From the NCBI RefSeq assembly GCF_001194135.2, contig NC_068987.1, positions 73,751,504 to 73,815,503 of the forward strand: 64,000 nt of DNA. The letters run 5' to 3'. Made by a program: the position numbers and the translations under genes. This DNA comes from Octopus bimaculoides (lineage: Eukaryota). Positions 38,511 through 50,894 of this stretch are shown here, piece after piece. Within the stretch, counting starts at the first letter, position 1, and every line of letters starts with the position of its first letter. The notes below the pieces were generated by a model. That model ran no database searches and was not told the DNA's origin. It was given only the letters and a program-made list of their open reading frames with translations.

Positions 38511-38878
38511 ATTAGCATCTAGGGTTGCTATGAATGTGAATAATAATTCAAATTGAGGGAATGGGGTAGGTAAAATCCAGGCTACATCTGTTGCCTAACT
38601 AGCAGAACCTCAGAATTAATAGCTATTCAAGGAGGAGTACTCCACTGGCTATTCATCAGGATGAAGATACCTTGACTCGGTATCCCTTTACGACAATGTA
38701 ACCTTCATTTAAATAAGGTGTCTTCGGCCTGATAAATAGCTAGTGGAGTATTCCTCGTTGAGAAATTATTACTTCCGACGTTCTGCTAGTTACGAAACAG
38801 ATGTAATCTGGATTTTTACCTGCTCCAATCCCTGATGTTGGATATCTATTCGCATTCATAGCAACCCTAGATGCCAAT
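38511..38878. mobile_element. Fold-back element of two inverted H2-family arms, each with a degenerate hammerhead
   Basis: ~150-bp imperfect inverted arms (gcatctagggttgctatgaatg / cattcatagcaaccctagatgc etc.); minus-strand motif 38580-38662, plus-strand motif 38726-38808; homologous to 24306-24445. Confidence 0.8.
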
Positions 38879-40143
38879 CTTGAAATATAAAATAACTTTT
38901 TTTCAGCATATCGAAGTTCGATATGGGAGAAATCTACAACCTTCTACGCCAATAAACTATTATTGTTCCTGAAAGTTGTTCCTTATACCAACTACGGACT
39001 TCATTTTTGTATTTTGTTAGCAAGATTCTTGGTGTGAATTCGTGTGTTTAAATAAATATTGTTGTGTCCTATAACAATAAACGACCACACTGATTTTTAA
39101 CAATTTTCCTGCCGACCAATTAATGGATTTAGTGTGCAGTTTGGAGGTGATGCATTCTTTAACGAAATGCGTGTTTATTATTATTTGTGTGATGACCTTC
39201 CCAAGACATAAGCTCTGTGTGTGCGTGTGTGTGTGTGTGAGAGAGAGAGAGGATCAGATATAGAGGCACGTTATGAATGGGAAAAGAAACACATGACGAA
39301 CAAGGTATACTTATGAAATCTATAAATGTTAGGGCGAAAAAAAAATTGCTGATGTTGCCTGTAAGTGTTTAAATTCAGCATCGAGCCCACAGGTTCATGA
39401 TGTCGGAAAGCATTCAGATTTGAGAGGCGTTTAGGTGGTTGTGAGTATTAGACAACTCCTAAATGGTTTGCCGCTTCTTTGCAGGGTTAATTCCCAATTG
39501 CAACTGGAGCAACGTCTAATGGAGTACCCAGCTCAGGGACACAACATACTTCTAAGGCCGTGTGTAAAACTAACGACCGTAATCTCAATGACTCCAAAAA
39601 TGTCAGATGAGCAAAGTAAATCCGGCAAGTGACAATGTTTTATAATGGATTGTAAGTTTTACAACATTTCTAATTAACAGATCTAAACAAAAAAAAAAAA
39701 AANNNNNNNNNNAAAAAAAAAAAAAAAAAAATTAAGGAAGAACATCAAGAAAAATACATATATAACAAAAAGGTATATGAAGAATAATACAAAGATCATT
39801 AATCCTTAATATATAATAAATTTGGAGAAACAAAATATGAAAAATATGTAAAGGTTTGCAACCGCGAAATAAGGTTGCAAAAATAAAGCTAAAACACATT
39901 CAATACGAATATAAGGTTATATCGCGCGCTATTGCGCGCGCGCGCACACACAAATCTATACATATATATATATATATAACCATGACAGACTGTCACAGAC
40001 CAACCAAAAATAAAATAAAAAAATCCTTTTTAACTCTTCTTCCCTCCCACCCCAGCTAGCCAGTCATACTGTCTCTTAAGACAGTAAAACATTCCCTCAA
40101 TATACACAAGAGGAAAAAGCCAGGTCAGTTCCTCTTCAACTTT

Positions 40144-40237
40144 ATTGTCAAAGAATATGTATAAGAATATGTATATGTATTGTCAAAGAATATGTATAAG
40201 AATATGTATATGTATTGTCAAAGAATATGTATATGTA
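40144..40237 (+). repeat. 35-bp minisatellite, about 2.7 copies, running toward a gap
   Basis: Unit ATTGTCAAAGAATATGTATAAGAATATGTATATGT. Confidence 0.9.
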
Positions 40238-42111
40238 TTATTCCATATGTGTATTTTNNNNNNNNNNNNNNNNNNNNNNNNNNNNNNNNNNNNNNNNNNN
40301 NNNNNNNNNNNNNNNNNNNNNNNNNNNNNNNNNNNNNNNNNNNNNNNNNNNNNNNNNNNNNNNNNNNNNNNNNNNNNNNNNNNNNNNNNNNNNNNNNNNN
40401 NNNNNNNNNNNNNNNNNNNNNNNNNNNNNNNNNNNNNNNNNNNNNNNNNNNNNNNNNNNNNNNNNNNNNNNNNNNNNNNNNNNNNNNNNNNNNNNNNNNN
40501 NNNNNNNNNNNNNATATATATATATATATACATATATACACATCTTGAACATATGGTAAAATGAATTAAATGCTGCGTTGCGTAAAGTTAACATATTGTG
40601 TAGAAAATATAAAATTATACGTTTCATAGTTTGATTATATACACCTTGGCATACACCTCCACACATCTTTATACAACTATTCGTGCCTATTCGTTTCTCA
40701 ATCTATCCAGTTATATTTTTAGCTATATACATATATGTATAAACTGTATAATGTATTTGCGTATATATGTATTTATACTGTCTCACACTTAGACATCTGT
40801 ATCTTCCTTCGTACATATGTGCATTTCTATCTGACCAAATATAAACAACCAACCTTTTTATTATAGCAACACACAACTATTATTTCTGAAAAGCAAAAAT
40901 TAAAAAAAAATAAACCAAACATTTTAAAATAGATTCGACTTGTACAGACAGACGGGGTACTGTTAAACTCTTCTCACTGCCTCTCTTTCTCTCTCTCTCT
41001 CATTCTCTCTCTCTCTCTCATTCTCTCTCTCTCTCATTCTCTCTCCCGCCCTCCCCCCTCTTTCTTCACGTCACTATTGACAAACATCAGAACAACGAAT
41101 TAACCAAGAATAATAAATAACTTAAACCCAAATACGAATGAAAACTAGGCCAACACTTCGCACCAACATTGATAACATTCAGAGGAAATTGTCAAATCTA
41201 GTAACGTCGATGTATAGGCAGACAGAAAAACTGTAGCTTTATGCAGTGGAAATCTGTGGTGCCTTTTCGATCTTCAACCACTTTTGAAAATTGCCTAGAA
41301 GGTTTCGCTCAGTATTAATAGCTCCAGCCATACATACACATATTCATATATATACAAACATGCACATGAAATGTATACATGTACACACAGACACACACAT
41401 TCTCTCTTTCTCATACACACATGGTCGCACACACTCACACACACACATAACCAAAGCTATGCGACAACTCCGTAACCGCCTCTTCTCTCATCCCATGCCC
41501 TCTGATCCCAAGCTCACAACCAACTTCTTGTTTGCTCCACCGACTTTTCAGCTCATTTCCTGCTCCTTCCTCACTCACTAACTCCTTCCGTGACGTCCGC
41601 AACCTCTAGTAACCCACTATCTATTTATTCCCCGAGATCCACAAACCCGAAAACCCTTCCTACCTCATTGTCTCTGCTTGTAACTGCTCCGACTACAGCG
41701 ACGACCTCTTTGCATCCCTTGTTGCTGCCCTTCCCTCCCACAGCTACGATATCAACCATACCCCCCTCCTCTTTAACTTTAACTCCTTCTTCTCTCCTGG
41801 CCCTCTAGTTTCACCATAGATATCATCTCTCTTTACACCATTATCGCTCACGTTGTATCCTAAATTTCTCAGTGAAGGGCTAGCGTAAATCACTCAAGTT
41901 CTGTTACATGCAACTACATCATGTATTCTACACATACGAGTGTATAACCAAAAGCCTATACTTGAATCATATTTATTTTTCGTCTATTACTAAAATGTTT
42001 GTATATTTATAATGAAGACAGAGTAGTTGGCTGAAATTCAGTTGCCGTAAACTGTTGTCTTATGTGCAGTATGGTGAAGAAAAACGAGTAGGGTCTTGAT
42101 GAGAAAGAAAG

Positions 42112-42166
<55 letters not shown>

Positions 42167-42174
42167 TCAATCCT

Positions 42175-42340
42175 GGCATGGTATTTTATGTATGTGAGCT
42201 AGTACTTTACATATCAATTCCGAAGGGATTAAAGACAAATTAGGTCTCGGCTGGATTTGAACTCAGAGTGGACAGAGCCGGATAATATATAGTTAGGTAT
42301 TCTATCCAACACTCTAGCGACTCTCTCAATTCGACTGCTT
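42175..42340 (-). mobile_element. SINE-A, diverged
   Basis: ggatttgaactcaga, ctctagcgactct reverse head. Confidence 0.6.
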
Positions 42341-42588
42341 GTAGTATTGAAAGTTCTTTGAACGTTACATTTCGTCGAAGGGGAGATAATTCAAACAGCA
42401 ATCGAATTTATTGTTAGCTAACATTCTTCCGAATTTATTCCACTAACAAATTAATCAATTAACTGACTAATTGACTATCTAATTGTTAAACTTTATTCTG
42501 TTATTAATTGATATTTATTTCTATTTTGTTCTGTCCCATCGTGAAAGGTTTCTGTTTTTTAAGCAACACCGTATTCTATATTTTGCAG

Positions 42589-42879
42589 TCTGCCAAAACC
42601 ATTCCAACGAATTAATCATTGTTTTGGACACACGAACCCGGAGTCGCGAAAACTGCTTGTTTGTTGTTTGTGAGCAGCTTTTTATTCCATACATTAGCGT
42701 ATTTGGTTTCCTGCCCGGATACGAGACTTCATTTCCGAAGCACCAATCTAAACTCATGCCACCAGCATTATCGATGAGGGCGTCCTTTGCAGACTACCAA
42801 GCTCTCTTTTCTGATCTGATCAGACAAATAAATATTTCCTTGGATACCCTGACTGTTATATACGATGCTGACAACAAAG
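42589..42879 (+). CDS. Coding exon 3, receptor amino-terminal-domain-like
   Basis: Acceptor ttctatattttgcAG, donor G|GTACAT, 291 nt, phase 1-1; (I)CQNHSNELIIVLDT...VCEQLFIPYISV...LSMRASFADYQALFSDLIRQINISLDTLTVIYDADNK resembles the iGluR ATD pattern (C..L.IP.I; L.P....L...I.DL....W...TVVYD). Confidence 0.88.
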
Positions 42880-43416
42880 GTACATTCTACTTAATTGCTT
42901 CCTTTTTGCTGTTTGTCTCCGTTTCTATTCAATAGATCCCTCCCTCATCACCAAAACCAAAACTAGGATTGCAACCACTACATCAGGCACNNNNNNNNNN
43001 NNNNNNNNNNNNNNNNNNNNNNNNNNNNNNNNNNNNNNNNNNNNNNNNNNNNNNNNNNNNNNNNNNNNNNNNNNNNNNNNNNNNNNNNNNNNNNNNNNNN
43101 NNNNNNNNNNNNNNNNNNNNNNNNNNNNNNNNNNNNNNNNNNNNNNNNNNNNNNNNNNNNNNNNNNNNNNNNNNNNNNNNNNNNNNNNNNNNNNNNNNNN
43201 NNNNNNNNNNNNNNNNNNNNNNNNNNNNNNNNNNNNNNNNNNNNNNNNNNNNNNNNNNNNNNNNNNNNNNNNNNNNNNNNNNNNNNNNNNNNNNNNNNNN
43301 NNNNNNNNNNNNNNNNNNNNNNNNNNNNNNNNNNNNNNNNNNNNNNNNNNNNNNNNNNNNNNNNNNNNNNNNNNNNNNNNNNNNNNNNNNNNNNNNNNNN
43401 NNNNNNNNNNNNNNNN

Positions 43417-43451
<35 letters not shown>

Positions 43452-43522
43452 GTTGGTGCTGGTGCTGCTGGTGCTGCTGCTGCTGCTGGTGGTGGTGGTG
43501 GTGCTGCTGCTGCTGCTGCTGA

Positions 43523-43575
<53 letters not shown>

Positions 43576-44149
43576 GTACTAACATGATCACAACCGTAAA
43601 ACACTGACACTAATGCTAACACTACGACGATGACGACGACGACGACCACCACCACCACTGTTATCACAGCTATCGCAATAAATTGTCACTAATGTCACAA
43701 CCTCAACCATCGCAATCATCGCGAGCAACACTTATATCACACTTTATTTCGTACCAACTACGACCGATCATATTGGCATTGCCACAACATGCAATAACCA
43801 TTGTCGCAAACTATACTATCACTTATACCACGACCATAACGATGACAACTATCACCACCAAAACAACAACAGCAGCAAATCAACACAAGAAGAATCTTTA
43901 CTTAAGAGTCACTGGACCTGCTGGAAATAGCAGCCAAATCTTCCTCGAATAACAAGAGTGGAAAGAGTAAGGAATAAAAAAAAAGAAACAATGTTCATGG
44001 CTTTGTTGTATTTAATTATTGGTGTGCTTAGTTCAAAATTGACCTAGGGTTACGCAATAACAATAACAACAAGAAGAGCAACCGCCAATGTTATATGCTT
44101 CCAGCCGCCGGGGTGGGGTGGGGGGAGTTACTGCGTGGTTGCACAACCT

Positions 44150-44280
44150 GCTTGAAATGGCAGGCAAAATCGTTAGAGCGTCGGAAAAAATGGGTTGTGG
44201 TATTTGTTGCGAATGTATACATTCTGAGTTCAAATGCCGCCAAATGTAACATTGCCTTTCATTCTACCATGATCGATAAG
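44150..44280 (+). mobile_element. SINE-A 5' part
   Basis: ggcaaaatcgttagagcg..ttctgagttcaaatgccgcc..gcctttcatt. Confidence 0.7.
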
Positions 44281-44618
44281 GCTGAGAGTCCAAGACTTTC
44301 ATTTGAACGGAGTATAACAAGGATATTCCTCAGATGCTACTGGGACACATTTTGAGTGTATTGGAGCCTTGCTCAACTAGGGTGCCTTTCCCCAGGACAC
44401 AGGGAGTCACCCGGTCAAAGAATCGAAACCACGATCTAATGATGGTGAGCCCAACACTCTAACTATTCGACCACACATCTTCAAAAACTTTAGGGATGGG
44501 CAAAATGTCATCGTTTCGATTATAAATGTCCTCGATTAGAGCTCATCTGTAAACAGACTAAAACAAAAATTATCCATATCTAAAAATTATATAATTTCTC
44601 TCTTGCATATTCTTTACG

Positions 44619-44666
<48 letters not shown>

Positions 44667-44712
44667 CATACATACATACATACATACATGCATACATGCA
44701 TACATACATACA

Positions 44713-44746
<34 letters not shown>

Positions 44747-44803
44747 CATACATACATATATATATATTTCAAGGTATCATTCTGTTGTTCTTATATATTG
44801 CAG

Positions 44804-44976
44804 AGTTAACATCTATATTTGATTCCTACAACGAACAAGGTTCCACGTTCCTCCTAACCTACGAAATAAGCTCAGTGCTATATGACAATATCTTTCAGAA
44901 TCTACAGAGTAAAATGGACGCCAGAAACTTTCTAGCCTTCGGTAACACGACGGCTCTAGAGTCAGTTTGGGAGAAG
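44804..44976 (+). CDS. Coding exon 4, ATD-like
   Basis: Acceptor ttcttatatattgcAG, donor AAG|GTTAGT, phase 1-0; (E)LTSIFDSYNEQGSTFLLTYEISSVLYDNIFQNLQSKMDARNFLAFGNTTALESVWEK. Confidence 0.85.
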
Positions 44977-45301
44977 GTTAGTATGATGTCACTTTATATA
45001 GTCATATTTATTACACCGTTTCCAGTAGGTACAGGGTCAGTGCAGCCTTCGACTTCTCTATCCAAAGGAATTTTTTACCCAAAATTTGCACGCTATTATT
45101 TATAGCTTTATCAGCTTCCAGTTTCACCGCTCTAAAAAATAAAATATTTCGTTTTTTCTTTGTTGCATATAACTCAGATTTGTACGAAGAATATACAAAC
45201 ATGTACGCGTAAGTGTGTTTATGTGTGCGTATATGCGTATGTATGTATGTATAGGTGTAGGAGTAGATCTATACCTAAAAAAAACAACAAAAATCAATAT
45301 A

Positions 45302-45712
45302 GGCGCAGGAGTGGCTGTGTGCTAAGTAGCTTGCTTACCAACAACATGGTCCGGGGTTCAGTCCCACTGCGTGGCATCTTGGGCAAGTGTCTTCAACTAT
45401 AGCCTCGGGCCGACCAAAACCTTGTGAGTGGATTTGGTAGACGGAAACTGAAAGAAGCCTGTCGTATATATGTATATATATATATGTATGTGTGTATGTG
45501 TTTGTATGCCTGTGTTTGTCCCCCCAACATCGCTTGACAACCGATGCTGGTGTGTTTATGTCCCCGTAACTTAGCGGTTCGGCAAAAGAGACCGATAGAA
45601 TAAGTACTAGGCTTCCAAAGAATAAGTCCTGGGATCGATTTGCTCGACTAAAGGCGGTGCTCCAGCATGGCCACAGTCAAAAAGACTGAAACAAGTAAAA
45701 GAGTAAAAGAGA
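45302..45712 (+). mobile_element. SINE family B full length
   Basis: tRNA-like head GGCGCAGGAGTGGCTGTGTG..GGGTTCAGTCCC, CCTTGTGAGTGGATTTGGTAGACGGAAACTG body, internal (TA/TG)n, (GAGTAAAA) tail. Confidence 0.92.
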
Positions 45713-46195
45713 GATACACAAACACACGCACACACATTATGCAAATAAATACTTATACATCTACGTAATCATACAGCTAGACAAACGATCACACTACACC
45801 CGTTTTGGCTGAAAATGTTGTCAAGCCACATTTGAAAAGATTTTTGGTCGATCGGTTGAAGAATCATTGTCTAAATAAATAAATGTATGCTCTGTAAAAG
45901 TGAAGACGTGTGACCTAGTAGTTAGTCTGTTGCACTCATGATCTTACAATCGTGGTTTCGATTTCCAGCCTGCTGCATTCTTGAGCAAAATATTTACTTT
46001 CAGGTCACTCCACTTCACTCAGCTGTAAATGAGTTCTAGAAATAACTGAGAAACTAATCCTAACATTGACTAACATCCTGTTCAAGGTGGAGTGTTATAA
46101 TTCTAGTCACTTATACACCACGGAAGCCGAATAAAACTCCAACCTTATAAGCCGGGGTTCATCATAGATCGTATGCTATTATTAAAGAAAGAAAT

Positions 46196-46385
46196 GCGGT
46201 GAGCTGCCAGAATCGTTAGCGAGTCGGGCAAAATACTTAGCGGTATTTCGTCCGTCCTTACGGACGAAATACCACCGGGATCAAGACAATAAGTACCAGT
46301 TGAGTGCTGGGATCGATGTAGTCGACTATCCATCCCATTTCCCCAAATTTCAAGCCGAGAAAGGATTATGAAAGGATTATGAAAG
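46196..46385 (+). mobile_element. SINE-A with internal deletion
   Basis: Head and tail present, B-box segment rearranged. Confidence 0.8.
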
Positions 46386-46530
46386 ATAGTAGAAACATTG
46401 ATCAGCTCCGACTTAAATGGCTGCACATATACGATAGGATCTCCATTTCACTGAAGTTTTATTTGTTTTATATTGTCTTCTTTCACTCTCTGATTTTTTT
46501 TTTCTTTCTTTGAATAAAATTCTGATATAG

Positions 46531-46680
46531 GCAAAAGCAAACAATCTTCTCTCCGAATTTCACCAATGGGTGGTTGTTGTAACCGATAACCACCTTCCAG
46601 TCTGTCGTAACTGCTCTGATTACATAGTCATGTTACTGCCTGTGGCATTGTCAAACGAGTCCACTTGTAATACATCGTCG
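46531..46680 (+). CDS. Coding exon 5, ATD-like
   Basis: Acceptor ttctgatatAG after a T-rich tract, donor TCG|GTAAGT, 150 nt, phase 0-0; AKANNLLSEFHQWVVVVTDNHLPVCRNCSDYIVMLLPVALSNESTCNTSS. Confidence 0.85.
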
Positions 46681-47081
46681 GTAAGTATAGCTTCTCGATT
46701 TGCATTGATATACTTTGCTGCTTTCTGCATGCTCACATCGATGCAAATAGTTGGGATTTAAGACACCATTTCAGGCATTTAGTGATTACGCGTCAGATTA
46801 TAGTAGTAAAGAGATCTAAATGGAATCTTTACTACTTTACTAAGTAAGCACAATATAGCCAAATGGTTCGCAAGTTTACTAACAGTTGCTAAGAACACAT
46901 ATGTAATTCCACATTGAGATATCTCGAGGCAAATATCTTTTACCATAGTCTAGGATCGACCCAAGTCTCGTGAGAGAAACTGGTGAAACTTTAAATAATC
47001 CCTTCAAATGGATTGTATCAGTTATTCAAAGGCCGATCTTTTTCCTCACACTCAACCACTTACAAGCTGATTCTATGAATA

Positions 47082-47297
47082 TGAGGGGTTGCTAAAAAGT
47101 TCTGGCTATGGGTAAAAGAAAATACAGGAGGATCAGTTAATTATGATTTTATTCAACATATTCCTCTCTCAGATTCACATACTTGTTGCAGCGATCCTTC
47201 AGTTTTTCTAATCTCTGTAAAAGAACACCGAAGGCTGGGCCTGCAACCGGGCCTTTCTCGAAATCCTTAAAGCCAGGAAGTTTCCAGCACCCCCTCG
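47082..47297 (-). mobile_element. Internally deleted mariner element
   Basis: Both TIRs with TA TSD; transposase C-terminus LEKLKDRCNKYVNLREEYVE*. Confidence 0.88.
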
Positions 47298-47770
47298 TAT
47301 ATAGATCAGTTGATCTGTATACGACTGAAAACAAAGAATTTCTGAGCGAGACTTTTAGAAAAATAAATCACAAAACAAATAGATCACAAAGTTTATGAAA
47401 AATTACATTACCTCATAAAAATATGGATTGTAGGATATTTGAAGGGAATTTCTCAGTGAATCAGTGACCTATCACATGAGTTGTCTCAGATTCATGCTAA
47501 GCCAACATTGTCTTTACAAAAGTAACCATACGGTGTTTTATGCAATCATGGTGTACCTAAAATTACAACCTCCAGTGATTACTTCCATGCACTAGACGGT
47601 AGAGTATGATTAGTTCCCGGGGGATTCGGTTGCTATTTCTACCAGATGCAAGCTGTTGACCCAATCAGTGTACATTCTACGAAACGTGGTATACCAGGTA
47701 AAGTGCACATGTCGGTTGAAGTGTTTTGCCAAAGATTCTCTGGAAACTAATTACTCTAATAAGTTATCAG

Positions 47771-47899
47771 AAATGCTTGTCGAATGATTCTAAACCTCAG
47801 CAGCATTATCAGCATGTTTTACATACCATCGCTAATATAATGTCCAAATCTCAAAACATGCATATAATAACAGATATAGAAAGAAGTGTACACGAACAG
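47771..47899 (+). CDS. Probable coding exon 6
   Basis: Phase 0-0 open frame KCLSNDSKPQQHYQHVLHTIANIMSKSQNMHIITDIERSVHEQ ending CAG|GTATGA; acceptor weak (tatcAG; in-frame alternative AG at 47733-47734); no recognisable motif. Confidence 0.45.
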
Positions 47900-47935
47900 G
47901 TATGAGCACACATATGATACATACATACATATACA

Positions 47936-47967
<32 letters not shown>

Positions 47968-48809
47968 AACACGCACACACACAACTACGAATATGAAAAT
48001 GCTTCGCTGGAAGAAGTCTAACAAGACAGAAGCATATATAGAATTATCACTGTACACACGAAAGATAAGATGACCTTCCTTCTATATATCCCCATTTAGT
48101 TTTCTTTTATTAATTTGTATTTCGAAGTTGTCTCCCTTGACTTTCTCAACAAAATTTATTATTGACGCTAATAACCTTTCTCTTTGTAAGGACTGAGATT
48201 TTATTTGACTGAATTGCTTGTTCTCTCACTTACCACCAGCTGATTATTCTTCCATTGTTGTGAAAAAATTGCCTTACAATACATATTTACCTGCGTATGC
48301 GCCGTAGGTTAGTGGTTAGAGCTTTCAATTCAAGACAAAAGTTCGTGAATTCAATCCCTGTAATTGGGTGCATTTTGTGTCCTTGAGCAAGGTACTTCAT
48401 TTCATGTTACTCTAGTTATCAGCCGACGGTTGGGGTAACCCTCCTGCTCTTTAGCTGTCACATCTTAAATACACCGTTGTGTCAAGAATCAATGTACCGA
48501 GAGGGTGTCTGCACCTGCTCGTGACTACAGAAACACCTAAAGCATGTTACCAAACCAAACCAAACGAAACCAAACTAAACCAAATCAAACTAGACCAAAC
48601 GCAAGTCACACATGATTGACAACTGATCTAGTTAAATCCTTTTGCGGTCAACTTAAAATTTCAGTAGTGAAAATATCTGCATGTCACGCTACCAATCACC
48701 CCACAGTGGATCAATAAAACAGATATAAATAATGTAAACGCTGAGTTTGATTGGTCTCTTCAAACTATAAATCGGTGGTCATTTCCAAAGTTAGAATTTC
48801 ATTAATATT

Positions 48810-48852
<43 letters not shown>

Positions 48853-49252
48853 CAGCAGCAGCTGTTCTTGTTCTTGTTGTTGCTCTAGTTACCATTATTG
48901 TTATTGCTGTTGATGTTGTTTGTTGTTGCTGCTGTTGTTATTGTTGTGGTTATCCTTGGAGTTCTTTTACTGTTGTTGTTGTTATTATTACTGTTGTTGT
49001 TGTTATTGTTATTTTCGTTCCACTGTTGCTGTTGTACTTTGCCCTTCTACAAACTACCTGCCCTCGTTAAGTATTTGAATGTTTCGTATTTAAGCTGTCC
49101 TTCTGGCAAATGCAGAAATACTTTCCATCGTGTAGTCTTATTTTTATTGCATACGTTTGTTTTTTCTGCACAACTAGCAACCAGGCACAATTCTGTGTGC
49201 CTTCAGTTGTACGTGCTATTTTATATTATTTTTCAGATTATTATTATTATCA

Positions 49253-49289
<37 letters not shown>

Positions 49290-49290
<1 letters not shown>

Positions 49291-49515
49291 GTTCAGTTGT
49301 TTTATTTTTATAACGTGCTTTCACTTCACTACCGAGCGCAGTTCTGTGTGCCTTGGGTATGTGCTGTGGTTTGTTGTGATGTTCTTATTTTTACTGTTTT
49401 ACGTAGGATGTGTGCGGTGCCTAGTAGTACTATTTACTGTATGCTATATATATTTGTTAGTCCTGGTGTGTTTGTTATGTATTTGTCTGAATAATTTTTA
49501 TCATACCTAATGTTT
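49290..49515 (-). mobile_element. RLE-type LINE extreme 3' end and UTR with (AAT)n tail
   Basis: LGMIK..SDKYITNTPGLTNIYSIQ*IVLLGTAHILRKT; partial UTR duplicate at ~49140-49230. Confidence 0.7.
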
Positions 49516-49559
49516 ATTATTGTTGTTGTTGTCGTTATTATTATTATTATTATTATTAA

Positions 49560-49598
<39 letters not shown>

Positions 49599-50360
49599 GA
49601 TATTGTTGTTGTTGTAGTTGTTGCTTGTCATCGTGGCTTTTTATTTCCTGCGACATTACAAGATGCCATATTTATTCACCACGTGACATACTATCCTCTA
49701 CTATTCAACTGTAACCTTCTCTCCCAGGGTGGGTAAAAAAATAAAAAGCGAAATAAAAAAAACATATCACAGTTATAAAAATAATTGGCAATAACCCAAA
49801 CTTGATTTTCGGTTAACGTTCTGCATAACATTTTCTTCTTCTTCTTCTTCTTCTTCTTCTTCTTCTTCTTCTTCTTCTTCTTCTTCTTCTTCTTCTTCTT
49901 CTTCTTCTTCTCCCCCTCCTCCTCCTCCTCCTCCTCCTTCACATCCTCCACCATGTAGACTAAAGTCGATCTCCATCACGTCTGTTGTCATTCATGCCTG
50001 CCAACTAGGGAACCAGCCTCTACAAAATAGTTCGACTTTCTAGAAATAGTAACTATATTCTCTCTCGAATCACACCCTAAGAATATATTGGAGACTTTAA
50101 TCACAGACATACTGTAGCTGAACAATATGGTTGGATGGCCATAGCTGGAACGCTTTTGATCATAGGTTCACCCACTGGAATTTTGGTCAGGCGTTAAACA
50201 AGAGTAAAAACAACAGCGAGGACGTTTATATGTGATCACTCGATCGGGTAGAAATAACAGCCACATGTACATCAAATAACATGCTCTACCTGTCTTAAAA
50301 GGAGGAGTGTATTGGATAATATAGATCTATACCTAAAAAAAAAAAAAAACAATCAATATA

Positions 50361-50767
50361 GGCGCAGGAGTGGCTGTGTGGTAAGTAGCTTGCTTACCAA
50401 CCACATGGTTCTGGGTTCAGTCCCACTGCGTGGCACCTTGGGCAAGTGGCTTCTACTATAGCCTCGGGCCGACCAAAGCCTTGTGAGTGGATTTGGTAGA
50501 CGGAAACTGAAAGAAGCCTGTCGTATATATGTATATGTATATATATATGTGTGTATTTGTGTGTGTGTGTTTGTACCCCCAACAATCGCTGCTGGTGTGT
50601 TTACGTCCCCGTAACCTAGCAGTTCGGCAAAAGAGACTGATAGAATAAATACTAGGCTTACAAAGAATAAGTCTTGGGGTCAATTTGCTCGACTAAAGGC
50701 AGTGCTCCAGCATGGCCGCAGTCAAATGACAAACAAGTAAAGAGTAAAGTGTAAAGAGTAAAGAGTA
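50361..50767 (+). mobile_element. SINE-B full length
   Basis: Collinear with 45302-45712. Confidence 0.92.
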
Positions 50768-50894
50768 AGCAATGATGGAATGCTTTTGATCACAAGTTTG
50801 TGCGATTAATATTAACCTGAAATTCAGTAACAACGACAACGGTAGTATCGATAATGGTTTTTAAAATGTTTGCACATGGACAGCAGCTTGTGAG

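Noticed and set aside
39850-39960. Small hairpins (ttgcaacc/ggttgcaa; cgcgcgc..gcgcgcg) as a Helitron end
   Set aside because: No properly placed CTRR terminus
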